Positions 17,764 to 26,906 of a stretch of DNA of 64,000 nucleotides are shown one piece after another. The translations under genes and the position numbers were made by a program. The stretch comes from an uncultured Fibrobacteria bacterium (lineage in GTDB: Bacteria > Fibrobacterota > Fibrobacteria > UBA11236): positions 224,001-288,000 of the forward strand of contig OY970309.1 in the NCBI GenBank assembly GCA_963716395.1. The letters run 5' to 3'. The notes under the pieces were generated by a model. The model was not told where the DNA came from. It ran no database searches and saw nothing but the letters and a program-made list of their open reading frames with translations. Each line of letters opens with the position of its first letter. Position 1 is the first letter of the stretch.

Positions 17764-20439
17764 ATGTCTGACCCGCTCTCCTTCCGCACGGAAATCCAGC
17801 AGGAATTGGAAAAATTCATGCGCCGGAGTCAGGAGCCGGTGGGCGAAACGGCGCTGCGCATCGACCTGCACTGCCATGATCACAACAGCGATGTGCCCGA
17901 TGAAACCCTGGCCCGCCTGTTGAAGATGCCGGAGACCTGGCTTTCAACCGAGGGCCTGATCGACACCTTGCGCTCCAACCGCGTCGACGTGCTGACCATC
18001 ACCAACCACAACAACGCGCGCAGTTGCTGGGAGCTATTGGATCGCGGTGTCGATCTGCTTCCCGGCGCTGAGTTCAGTTGCACTTTTCCCGATCTCAAAA
18101 TCGGGGTGCATGTGCTGACCTTCGGCTTCACGCCCGCCCAAGAGGCCACGCTGAACCGCTTGCGCCGCGATGTGTACCGCTTTCTGGAATTCACCTGCGC
18201 GGAAGATCTCCCCACCGTGCTCGCCCATCCTCTGCATTTCTACAGTCCCGGCGGTCCTCCGCCTCCGGCCGCGCTCGATCGCTTCGCCGTACTGTTCGAA
18301 CGCTTCGAAGGCGTGAACGGCCAGCGCGACGCCTGGCAAAATCTCTTGACCTCGACGTGGGTGGCCGGTTTGGGTGAAGAAGAAATCGCCGCCGCGGCCA
18401 AACGTTGCGGCCTCCGACCCGAGGCGTTTTGCCGGCATCCCTACGCCAAACGCATCACCGGAGGGTCGGATTGCCACATGGGCCTGTTCGCCGGCATGAC
18501 GGGCACCCTGTTGTCGGTGCCGGAGGGAATTTCCCCCTCTGCGCGCACGGCGGCGGCGCTGGAGGCGCTGCGCGCGGGCCCGCTGGCGCCCTACGGAACC
18601 CATTTTGAATTTGAAAAACTCAGCGTGGCCTTTCTCGATCTCTTCTGCCAAGCCGCGGGACGGTTGCAGGACCCGGGCCTGATGACCGTGTTCACGGGGC
18701 GCGGGTCGCCGCTGGAAAAGTTAGAGTCCCTGGCCATCGCCAACGGCTTCTATTGGCTGCGCCGCCATCCGGCGGCGGTGCGCTTCCTGGCACTGTTTCA
18801 CCGCGGCCTGCACGGCAAAAAACCCGGATGGATCGCGCGCCGCTTCACGCCGCGGGCTTTCCGTCCGGCGCTCCGGCAACTCGAAGCCCTGGCCGCGGCG
18901 CGCGCGGAGTCTTCGCAACGGCTGGTTGCCGCCTTACCCGAAGCCCTGTCGAACTTGTCGAATCTCAGCAACACCTGGCTGGCCCACAGCCTGATCGAAA
19001 AAATCGACCGTTGGGAACGAGCCGCCGGTGCCGAATTCGCGACGACCGAAACGGAAAAGTTACCGCTGAATCTTTGGGATCTCGTCGAGCACCATTTCCG
19101 GGCACCGAAAAAAAGAGCCCCGGGATCCCCAACGGGAGTCAAAGGCGGCGAACCGTTTTTCCCGCTGTTGGCCTCGACGGCGGTGGCCGGCGTCACCTTG
19201 GCCGCCGCCAAGACTCTCTATGCCAAGCGCGAATTTCTCTCCGGCGTCGCCGAACGCCTGGGAAAGTACCGGCCCCCCCGACGCCTTTTGTGGCTCACTG
19301 ATTCCCTCGAAGACCGGAACGGCGTCTCCTATGTCCTGCGTTCCTGGCTGCAAGCCGTACGCCGAAAAAATCTGCCCATCGATTTTCTCACCACCGGAAC
19401 AGCGCGGCGCGAAGACCATCTGCACGTGCTGCCGGCCTTGGCGGAATTCAGCCCGGCCATTTACCGCGACCAGGTTTTTCGCCTGCCGGGATTCCTCGAC
19501 GTGCACAACGCCTTTCTCGCCGGCGGCTACGATCGCGTGATCTGTTCCACCGAAGCGCCCATGGGCCTGTACGCCTTGTACCTCAAGCAAGCGTTTTCGG
19601 TTCCCGCTTATTTTTACGTCCACAGCGATTGGCAGGATTTCGCCCATCGGGCCTTGCGCTTCGATGAGAACCGGCAGGATTGGCTGCGGCGCGGCCTGAG
19701 CCGCCTGTACGGCGAATTCGACGGCGTGTTTGTCTTGAACAGCGAACAGCGCGAAATTTTTTCTTCGCCGGTAATGGGCATCGATCCGGATAAAATTTTC
19801 CAGACCTCACATTGGGCCGACGCCGCCTTTTACCCGCGCCGGGTGGCGGCGGCCTCGGTTTTTCCGGGTGCACGCGCCGGCGAACCCGTGCTGCTGTATG
19901 CGGGGCGGCTGAGTCCGGAAAAAGGCGTGCTGGAATTGCCGGCCATTTTCCGGGCCGTGCAGGCGCATTGCCCTGAAGTCCGTCTGGCTTTGGCGGGCAC
20001 CGGCCCGAGCGAAGCGGAATTGCGCCGACAATTGCCCGAAGGGATTTTTCTCGGATGGCTGTCGGCCGAACGTTTGGCCGAAGCGTATTCCGCCGCAACC
20101 TTGTTGGTGTTGCCGTCTTGGTTCGACACGTTCTCCTGCACCTTGTTGGAAGCCATGAGCTGCGGGCTGCCCGCCGTAGCCTATCGCACCAAAGGGCCGC
20201 GCGATCTTCTCGCCGGAGAACGCGGCGGATTGTTGGCCGACGGGCCGGTGGAAATGGCCGAGCTGGCCGCCAGCTTGCTCGCGGCGCCGGCCCGGCGCGC
20301 CCTTTTGGTCCAAAAAGCTCTGGAGCGCGCCGCCGATTTTCAATCCGACACCATTATCGCCGGGTGCTTGCAAGCCTTGGGGTTGTCGGAGCCTGCGCCG
20401 GCGAGGCAGCTCAACCCCCTTTCACTGCACGCCGCCTGA
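17764..20439 (+). CDS. PHP-domain phosphoesterase fused to GT4 glycosyltransferase
   Basis: DLHCH, TNHN, AHP, GSDCH (PHP); NGVS, YAGRLSPEKG, DTFSCTLLEAMSCGLP (GT4). Start uncertain (17710 is the alternative). Confidence 0.85.
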   Translation: MSDPLSFRTEIQQELEKFMRRSQEPVGETALRIDLHCHDHNSDVPDETLARLLKMPETWLSTEGLIDTLRSNRVDVLTITNHNNARSCWELLDRGVDLLPGAEFSCTFPDLKIGVHVLTFGFTPAQEATLNRLRRDVYRFLEFTCAEDLPTVLAHPLHFYSPGGPPPPAALDRFAVLFERFEGVNGQRDAWQNLLTSTWVAGLGEEEIAAAAKRCGLRPEAFCRHPYAKRITGGSDCHMGLFAGMTGTLLSVPEGISPSARTAAALEALRAGPLAPYGTHFEFEKLSVAFLDLFCQAAGRLQDPGLMTVFTGRGSPLEKLESLAIANGFYWLRRHPAAVRFLALFHRGLHGKKPGWIARRFTPRAFRPALRQLEALAAARAESSQRLVAALPEALSNLSNLSNTWLAHSLIEKIDRWERAAGAEFATTETEKLPLNLWDLVEHHFRAPKKRAPGSPTGVKGGEPFFPLLASTAVAGVTLAAAKTLYAKREFLSGVAERLGKYRPPRRLLWLTDSLEDRNGVSYVLRSWLQAVRRKNLPIDFLTTGTARREDHLHVLPALAEFSPAIYRDQVFRLPGFLDVHNAFLAGGYDRVICSTEAPMGLYALYLKQAFSVPAYFYVHSDWQDFAHRALRFDENRQDWLRRGLSRLYGEFDGVFVLNSEQREIFSSPVMGIDPDKIFQTSHWADAAFYPRRVAAASVFPGARAGEPVLLYAGRLSPEKGVLELPAIFRAVQAHCPEVRLALAGTGPSEAELRRQLPEGIFLGWLSAERLAEAYSAATLLVLPSWFDTFSCTLLEAMSCGLPAVAYRTKGPRDLLAGERGGLLADGPVEMAELAASLLAAPARRALLVQKALERAADFQSDTIIAGCLQALGLSEPAPARQLNPLSLHAA

Positions 20440-20597
20440 ACGCCCCGAATTGTCTTGTCGTTTGAGCCAAGCGTTGTAACAACAATTCCAAACATTTTTT
20501 TTCACTAACACAGCAAACAGCGGCCACTTTCATCCGCCGCGTTTGCTTTCCGCTTGCTGGAAGCGTGTGAAGGGACGATTCCGCCCAAAACACTCTC

Positions 20598-20613
20598 TGG
20601 CACATCGCTTGCA
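20598..20613 (+). promoter_or_regulatory. sigma54 (-24/-12) promoter of the nitrite operon
   Basis: TGGCAC-ATCGC-TTGCA matches the TGGCAC-N5-TTGC consensus exactly. Confidence 0.85.
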
Positions 20614-20640
20614 TCTTGTCTGGGGAATAGCCAACCCACA

Positions 20641-20687
20641 CCGGTCCGTCCGGTCTTTTGGCCAAGCTCCGGGGTGAAACCCGGCTC
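20641..20687 (+). repeat. leader motif, copy 1 (shared with 26734-26789)
   Basis: CCGGTCCGTCCGGTCTTTTGG ... CCGGGGTGAAACCCGGCTC. Confidence 0.65.
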
Positions 20688-20751
20688 GGCTCTGGTTTGC
20701 TTGGCTTGCCGCCGTGTCGGGTTTCTTCCGGATTCAACCAGGGAGAAACCG

Positions 20752-21609
20752 ATGGATTACGTCAAACCGAATCAAGTCTTGAAAACCATGATCGAGGCCG
20801 GCTCGGAAAAAGCCGTTCTGCCCATCCGCGATTTGCTGATCAAAGGAGCTTTATCCGGCGCCTTGCTGGGCTTTGCCACCAGCCTGGCGCTTACGGCCAC
20901 GGCGCAAACCAAAATTCCCATGGTCGGCGCCATCATCTTTCCGGTGGGATTCGTGCTCATCGTCTTGCTCGGATTCGAATTGGTCACGGGCAATTTTGCC
21001 TTGTTGCCGCTGGCGTTGAAAGAACGCCGCATCTCCCTGGGCACCCTGCTGTCGGCCTGGGGCTGGGTGTTCCTGGGCAACCTGATCGGCAGTTTGGTGT
21101 ACGCCGGCCTGTTCGACGTGACCTTGACCATGGCGGGCTCCACACCCGCAGGCGGCATCGGTCCCACCTTGATCGCCATCGCCGAAGCCAAAACCACGGG
21201 TTACGCGGCGCACGGCTTCGCGGGCCTGGTGACGGTGTTCGTCAAGGCCATACTGTGCAACTGGATGGTATGCCTGGGCGTGGTGGCCGGCATCACTTCG
21301 TCGTCGACTCTCGGCAAAATCGCGGCGGCCTGGCTGCCCATTCTCATCTTCTTCGGCCAGGGCTTCGAGCATTCGGTGGTCAACATGTTCGTGATTCCCG
21401 CCGGCATGCTGCTGGGGGCGAAGGTCAGCATGGGCGATTGGTGGTTATGGAACCAGATTCCCGTGACCTTGGGCAACATCCTGGGCGGCGCGCTGTTCAC
21501 CGGCTTTGCCCTCTACTTCGCCTACAAGCCCAAGACGGCCAAAGCGTCGGCAGCCGGAACCGCGCCCGAAACCGCCGTGGAACCGGCCCTGGAACCCGCT
21601 TCGGTGTGA
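20752..21609 (+). CDS. formate/nitrite transporter (FNT, NirC-like)
   Basis: FPVGF, ELVTGN, GNLIG, CNWMVC, FEHSVVNM, PVTLGNILGG; GGAG RBS. Confidence 0.93.
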   Translation: MDYVKPNQVLKTMIEAGSEKAVLPIRDLLIKGALSGALLGFATSLALTATAQTKIPMVGAIIFPVGFVLIVLLGFELVTGNFALLPLALKERRISLGTLLSAWGWVFLGNLIGSLVYAGLFDVTLTMAGSTPAGGIGPTLIAIAEAKTTGYAAHGFAGLVTVFVKAILCNWMVCLGVVAGITSSSTLGKIAAAWLPILIFFGQGFEHSVVNMFVIPAGMLLGAKVSMGDWWLWNQIPVTLGNILGGALFTGFALYFAYKPKTAKASAAGTAPETAVEPALEPASV

Positions 21610-21610
21610 A

Positions 21611-23416
21611 ATGGAAAGTAACGCGCAGATGACGGCCGAATCCGGGGTCGAAGCCGGCTTCACCCCCGAGCAGAAGGAATATCTGGCCGGCTATTTCGCC
21701 GGACTGGGCGCGCGTTTCGGCGCGGCCCGGCCTTTCGCGGCCCCGGACGCCGGCGGCCCTATGGCGCCGGCCAACGCGGCTTTGACCGGGGCGGTCACGG
21801 CCGCACCCGCACCGGCCGAAGAGCCCACCTATTTCGGGTTTCCGGTTTCGGAACTCTGCAAAGAGGAGAAGCTCAAATACGAGGAAAACCCGCTCGACCT
21901 GTGGGAAAAATTCTCCGCGCACGCCGCCGCCGACCGTTTTCCGCAAGGCGGCGATGTGTTCCGCTTCAAATTCCACGGGTTGTTCTATGTGGCCCCGAAT
22001 CAGGATGCGTTCATGCTGCGCCTGCGCGTTCCCGCCGGCGAACTGAACGGCCATCAACTCCGCGGTCTGGCCGATCTGGCGCGCACCTACGGCCTGGGTA
22101 ACGCCGATGTGACTACGCGCGCCAATCTCCAGATCCGCGGCATCCCGGCGCGCGGCATTGTCAACGTGCTGACGGCCTTGGCCGATTTGGGGCTGACCTC
22201 GCGCGGTGCGGGCGCCGACAACGTGCGCAACATCACGGCCACGCCCACTTCGGGATTCGACAGCGACGAACTCTTCGACGTGCGCCCCCTGGCGCGCGGG
22301 CTGCACCATTACCTTCTCAACCACCGCGATCTGTTCGGCCTGCCGCGCAAGTTCAACGTCGGCTTCGACAGCGGCGGCTCGGTGAGCATGGTCGGCGACA
22401 CCAACGACATCGCCTTGGTGGCGTGCCGGCCGGTCGAAGGCGGGCCGCTGGAAGACGGGGTGTATTTTCGCGTGCTCCTGGCCGGCATTACCGGGCACAA
22501 GCAGTTCGCGTTCGACGCCGGGCTGGCGCTCAAACCCGACGAATGCGTGTCCGCGGCCGCGGCCATGGTGCGCGTGTTCCAGGAAAACGGCAATCGCACC
22601 GACCGCAAAAAAGCCCGCTTGAAATACCTCATCGACCAATGGGGCGTGGAAAAATTCCTGGCCGAAACCGAAAAAAAACTGTCCTTCCCGCTGCGCCGCG
22701 CCGCGCCCGAAACCTGCAAGCCCCGGCGGCCGATCCGGCGCCACGGCCATCTGGGCGTGTACCGGCAAAAGCAACCCGGGCTCAATTATCTCGGCGTCGC
22801 CTTGCCCGTGGGACGCCTGACGCATGTGCAAATGCGCCGCCTGGCCGATGTGGCTTCGGCTTACGGCGGCGTGCGCCTGACGGTGTGGCAAAACCTGCTC
22901 TTGCCCGACGTGCCCGACGCCGACGTCGAGAAGGTGAAACGCGAGCTGATCGGCATGGGCCTCCATTACGAAGCGGCTGCGGTGAGCGGCGGCCTCGTCG
23001 CCTGCACCGGCAATGCCGGCTGCCGGTTCTCGTCCACCGACACCAAAGGCCAGGCCCTGGCGCTGGCGCGCCATCTCGAAAGCCGCGTGCGCCTCGACTT
23101 TCCCGTCAACATCCATTTGACGGGTTGTCCGCATTCCTGCGCGCAGCATTACATCGGCGATATCGGCCTGCTCGGCACCAAGGTCACGCAGCAAGGCGTC
23201 AGCACCGAAGCCTACCACGTCTATCTCGGCGGCGGCGGCGACCAGGATCGCGGTTTGGGCCGCGAGGTTTTCCACGGCATTCCCTTTTCCCAAATCCCCG
23301 AACTGCTGGAAAAAATCCTGAACACGTATTTGGCCCGCCGCCGCGACGGCGAAGCCTTCGTGGATTTTTCCCGGCGGCACGAGGTCAAGCAATTGCAGGA
23401 ACTTTTCTCGCATTGA
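21611..23416 (+). CDS. nirA: siroheme nitrite reductase hemoprotein (NirA type)
   Basis: FMLRLRVP, TTRANLQIR, DNVRN, LPRKFN, CTGNAGC...GCPHSC cluster/siroheme ligands. Start 21611 or 21629. Confidence 0.88.
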   Translation: MESNAQMTAESGVEAGFTPEQKEYLAGYFAGLGARFGAARPFAAPDAGGPMAPANAALTGAVTAAPAPAEEPTYFGFPVSELCKEEKLKYEENPLDLWEKFSAHAAADRFPQGGDVFRFKFHGLFYVAPNQDAFMLRLRVPAGELNGHQLRGLADLARTYGLGNADVTTRANLQIRGIPARGIVNVLTALADLGLTSRGAGADNVRNITATPTSGFDSDELFDVRPLARGLHHYLLNHRDLFGLPRKFNVGFDSGGSVSMVGDTNDIALVACRPVEGGPLEDGVYFRVLLAGITGHKQFAFDAGLALKPDECVSAAAAMVRVFQENGNRTDRKKARLKYLIDQWGVEKFLAETEKKLSFPLRRAAPETCKPRRPIRRHGHLGVYRQKQPGLNYLGVALPVGRLTHVQMRRLADVASAYGGVRLTVWQNLLLPDVPDADVEKVKRELIGMGLHYEAAAVSGGLVACTGNAGCRFSSTDTKGQALALARHLESRVRLDFPVNIHLTGCPHSCAQHYIGDIGLLGTKVTQQGVSTEAYHVYLGGGGDQDRGLGREVFHGIPFSQIPELLEKILNTYLARRRDGEAFVDFSRRHEVKQLQELFSH

Positions 23417-23421
23417 CCCCC

Positions 23422-25203
23422 ATGCCGGACCACGCCGCCCCCATTCCCTGCATTCCGCCCGAGGCGCCGTTTTCCGCGCCGCAACGGGCCTGGCTCAACG
23501 GCTTTTTGGCCGGCCTGTTTTCCAGCGCCCCCGCCGCGCACACCGCGGCAACGCCGGCTGGCCGCGAACGCGTCACCGTGATTTTCGGATCGCAATCGGG
23601 CAACGCGGAAAAGCTGGCCTACGGTTTCGCCAAATCCCTGAAGCAGGCCGGGTTCGAAGCCTCGGTGGCGGGCATGGAGAAATACGCCTGCGCCGCCCTG
23701 ACCCAAGAGAAGGTTTTGCTCGTGGTCACCAGCACCCATGGCGAGGGCGATCCGCCCGACAATGCCCAGGCCCTGCACCGCGAATTGCACGCCGCCGAAG
23801 ACCTGCGCCTCGACGGGTTGCGCTATGCCGTGTTGGCTTTGGGCGATCGCAATTACGAAAAGTTCTGCCAATGCGGCGTCGACTTCGACCAACGGTTGGA
23901 ACAACTCGGCGCCCGGCGCCTGTGCCCGCGCATCGACGCCGATGTCGATTACGAAGAGCCGGCGGCGCGCTGGCAAGCGGCGGTGCTGGCGGCGTTGCAG
24001 TCTTCGCCTTCGCCCAATGGGTCATCTGCCGGGGACGTCTCCGTCACGCTACCTGCGGCCCAACCGGCGGCAACCGCAGCCCGCCCGCATACTCCCGTGG
24101 CCGCGACGGCGCGTCTCGTGGAATGCCGCAACCTGCACACCGGCGCTTCGGAAAAAGAAACGCGGCATGTGGCCTTCACCTTTGAGGGCGAAGCGCTGCC
24201 CTACACGCCCGGCGACGCCTTGGAAATCGCTCCGGAAAATTGCCCCGAACTGGTGGAACTGGCCTTGCAGGCCTCCGGATTTCCGGGTGACGCGCCCGTA
24301 ACGGTACCCCGCGTCGGCACGATGAAATTGCGCGAGGCCCTGTCGCGGCATTGCCAGGTGTCGAAGGTTACGACGGCCATGGTCAAGACCTGGGCCGAAA
24401 AAACCGCTGCGCCATCACTGCGGCATCTCTGCGATCCGGCCCGCACGGCCGACCTCCAGAACTTTCTGCGCGGCCGCGACGTAGTGGATTTGCTGGCGGA
24501 TCATCGCGGCGCGTTGCGGCAGCCGCAGGAGTTGGTCGATCTTTTGCCCCGGCTGGCACCGCGCCTGTATTCCATCGCTTCGAGCCCCAAAGCCCATCCC
24601 GGCGAGGTGCATCTCACGGTGGGTGTCGTCCGCTACCACGCCCATGGCCGCCTGCGCAAAGGGGTTTGCTCCACCTTTCTGGCGGAGCGCGTGGCGCCGG
24701 GAACATCGCTGGCGGTGCGGGTGCACGTCAACACGCGCTTCCGGCTTCCGGCCGACGCTTCCGCGCCCCTCATTCTCATCGGGCCGGGCACGGGCATCGC
24801 GCCGTTCCGCGCTTTTTTGGAAGAGCGCCAGGCCCTGGGCGCTTCCGGCAAGAACTGGCTTTTCTTCGGTAACCCGTATGTTGCTTCCGATTTCCTGTAC
24901 CGCGACGAACTTGCGGCCTGGAAACAAAGCGGGCTTCTGACCCGGCTCGATACGGCCTTCTCGCGCGATCAAAGCGAAAAGATCTATGTGCAGCATCGCC
25001 TGTGCGAGCACGGCGCCCTATTGTGGAGCTGGCTGCAGGACGGGGCGCATGTTTACGTCTGCGGCGATGCCGCGCGCATGGCCAAAGACGTGGAAGCGGC
25101 GCTGCTCGACCTGATCGCGCAGGAACTTCAAAGCCCCGAAGCCGCGCGGCAGCATCTCGAAACCCTGCGGCAAAACGGCCGCTACCAACGCGACGTGTAT
25201 TAG
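23422..25203 (+). CDS. CysJ-like diflavin reductase (flavodoxin + FAD/NADPH)
   Basis: GSQSGNAE, TSTHGEGDPPDNA, RLYSIASS, GPGTGIAPFR, YVCGDA, RYQRDVY. The upstream part of the 926-aa ORF overlaps nirA and is not real. Confidence 0.92.
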   Translation: MPDHAAPIPCIPPEAPFSAPQRAWLNGFLAGLFSSAPAAHTAATPAGRERVTVIFGSQSGNAEKLAYGFAKSLKQAGFEASVAGMEKYACAALTQEKVLLVVTSTHGEGDPPDNAQALHRELHAAEDLRLDGLRYAVLALGDRNYEKFCQCGVDFDQRLEQLGARRLCPRIDADVDYEEPAARWQAAVLAALQSSPSPNGSSAGDVSVTLPAAQPAATAARPHTPVAATARLVECRNLHTGASEKETRHVAFTFEGEALPYTPGDALEIAPENCPELVELALQASGFPGDAPVTVPRVGTMKLREALSRHCQVSKVTTAMVKTWAEKTAAPSLRHLCDPARTADLQNFLRGRDVVDLLADHRGALRQPQELVDLLPRLAPRLYSIASSPKAHPGEVHLTVGVVRYHAHGRLRKGVCSTFLAERVAPGTSLAVRVHVNTRFRLPADASAPLILIGPGTGIAPFRAFLEERQALGASGKNWLFFGNPYVASDFLYRDELAAWKQSGLLTRLDTAFSRDQSEKIYVQHRLCEHGALLWSWLQDGAHVYVCGDAARMAKDVEAALLDLIAQELQSPEAARQHLETLRQNGRYQRDVY

Positions 25204-25234
25204 CGGTGGCGCCCCGACAAACCCGGACCGTAAC

Positions 25235-26371
25235 TTGCGAGATACTTTGCGCATCGGTTTCATCCCCCTGGCGGATTGCGCCCCCCTGGTGGTCGCGCAG
25301 GAACAGGGTTTTTTCGCCCGTCATGGGTTGAAGGTGGAGCTGTGCAAGGCGCAATCGTGGGATCAAATTCTCGACCGCCTGGTCTCGGGCCAGTTGGATG
25401 CCGCGCATCTGCTGCTCACGTTGCCGCTGCAATGGGCGCTGACAGCGGCGGGCCGGGTCAGTCCCGTGGTGTATGCCGTGGCGCTCAGCCAGCATGGCAA
25501 TGCCATCACGCTTTCCAACGCGCTGTGGCGCGCGGGCGTGCGCGACGCCGCCACCCTCAAAGCCCATCTGGCCGCGCGCGGCTCGGGCCGCCCGCTCAAG
25601 CTGGCCGTGGTGCATCCCCGCAGCACGCATGAATATCTGCTGCGTCTGTGGCTGGAGCGAGGCGGATTACAGCCGGGGCGCGACGTGCAGTTCGCCTATG
25701 GGGCGCCGCCGGCCATGGTGCACCAGTTGCGCAGCGGCGACATCGACGGCTATTGCGTGGGCGAACCCTGGAACCAGCGGGCGGTGACATCGAAGCTGGG
25801 CTACATCGTGGCCACCAGTTGCGACGTATTGCCCCCCATGAACGAAAAAGTGCTGGCCGTGCGCGCGGGGTGGCATCGCCGCCACCCCGAAACCCATGCC
25901 GCCTTGATCCGGGCCGTGCTCGCCGCGGCGGATTGGCTGGCCGCGCCGCAGCATCTGGAGCGCGCGGCGGATCTCACCGCGGGCAAGCACTATGTGAATA
26001 CTCCGCGCGCCGCGCTGCGGGCGGCCTTTTTCGGCGTGCTTGAAGCCGGCGGGGGCCGCCTGCTCCGGCCCGAAGGATTTTTGCGCTTTGGCGGGCCCGG
26101 GGCCAATTATCCCGATCTCAACCACGCCCGCTTTTATCTGGAGCAGATGTGGCGGGCCGGCCACATTCTTCCCGAAGAGGCGCAGGCGCTCGACCTGGAG
26201 TCGATTTGCCTGCATGAATTTTATCGGCAACGTCTGGACGACGCGGGCTCCGCGGAATCCGCGCAGATACCGGAAACTTCCGAAATACCCTACGGTGATT
26301 TTCTGGCCGGCTTTCCCCGCCCGCGGGATGGGAACGGCGACCGCGCCTTGACGGCGACCGCCTCCGTGTAA
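25235..26371 (+). CDS. NrtA/CmpA-fold nitrate/nitrite-binding protein lacking a signal peptide (NasS-like)
   Basis: GFIPLADCAPL, HGNAITLS, STHEYLLRLWL, GYCVGEPWN, EKVL; no export signal. Confidence 0.85.
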   Translation: MRDTLRIGFIPLADCAPLVVAQEQGFFARHGLKVELCKAQSWDQILDRLVSGQLDAAHLLLTLPLQWALTAAGRVSPVVYAVALSQHGNAITLSNALWRAGVRDAATLKAHLAARGSGRPLKLAVVHPRSTHEYLLRLWLERGGLQPGRDVQFAYGAPPAMVHQLRSGDIDGYCVGEPWNQRAVTSKLGYIVATSCDVLPPMNEKVLAVRAGWHRRHPETHAALIRAVLAAADWLAAPQHLERAADLTAGKHYVNTPRAALRAAFFGVLEAGGGRLLRPEGFLRFGGPGANYPDLNHARFYLEQMWRAGHILPEEAQALDLESICLHEFYRQRLDDAGSAESAQIPETSEIPYGDFLAGFPRPRDGNGDRALTATASV

Positions 26372-26569
26372 GCATCGGATTGGGGCGGGATATCCCTGCG
26401 CCCGGGCGCGGGAGCATTTGGCGTTTGCGTTCAGTGTTTTATATTCCTTGTGTCACGTATGTATTTCAATTACGAACATTAACGAACCTCACCTGACAAC
26501 TTTTACGGAACACGCCATACCACCCCCAGCTTCCCTTGGTTTCAAACGTGTGACGCCTTCCCGGTCGGA

Positions 26570-26585
26570 TGGTACGGCACTTGCT
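26570..26585 (+). promoter_or_regulatory. sigma54 promoter upstream of the porin gene
   Basis: TGGTAC-GGCAC-TTGCT. Confidence 0.75.
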
Positions 26586-26733
26586 TTAAAACTTTAAATA
26601 GATGCGTTGTTGTAACCAGACGACGCCCAACTGAGGGTTAACACCTAAGAGACGGTGCGTTCCGGTTTTTCGGAACGGCGTTTTCCCGCGGGTGTTTACG
26701 GCGGCGGTCCGGGTTCTTCCCGGTTTCGCCGTT

Positions 26734-26789
26734 CCGGTCCGTCCGGGCTTTTGGAACCATTCGCCCCTGCCGGGTGCGAAACGCGGCTC
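26734..26789 (+). repeat. leader motif, copy 2
   Basis: CCGGTCCGTCCGGGCTTTTGG ... CCGGGTGCGAAACGCGGCTC; first block is 20/21 identical to copy 1. Confidence 0.65.
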
Positions 26790-26906
26790 AAAGCCTGGGA
26801 GGATCGCTTGCCTTTCGATCCGTATTCCTTCTCGTGCCCGCCCCGCTCCCCTGCGTGGGTAGCGCCTGCTCCCGGCATTCCGACACCTTCTGCAAGGAGT
26901 TCCCTC

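Noticed and set aside
13727-20440. Genomic island integrated at tRNA-Arg
   Set aside because: No integrase, and no duplicated tRNA 3' end was noticed in the window.
22423-23421. Apparent 330-aa N-terminal extension of the CysJ-like ORF
   Set aside because: Arg/Pro-rich off-frame translation of nirA; the plausible start is ATG 23422.
21611-25203. Sulfite reductase CysIJ for sulfate assimilation
   Set aside because: The context (FNT, NrtA-like protein, sigma54 promoter, no cysDNH) favours nitrite; substrate not proven.
26628-26800. Moco riboswitch (CTGAG...ACCTAAG..ACGGT and a GAAA hairpin)
   Set aside because: Only partial resemblance: the hairpin closing the tetraloop receptor and the GCCTCC/GAAAGG P1 elements are missing. 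An Rfam scan would settle it.
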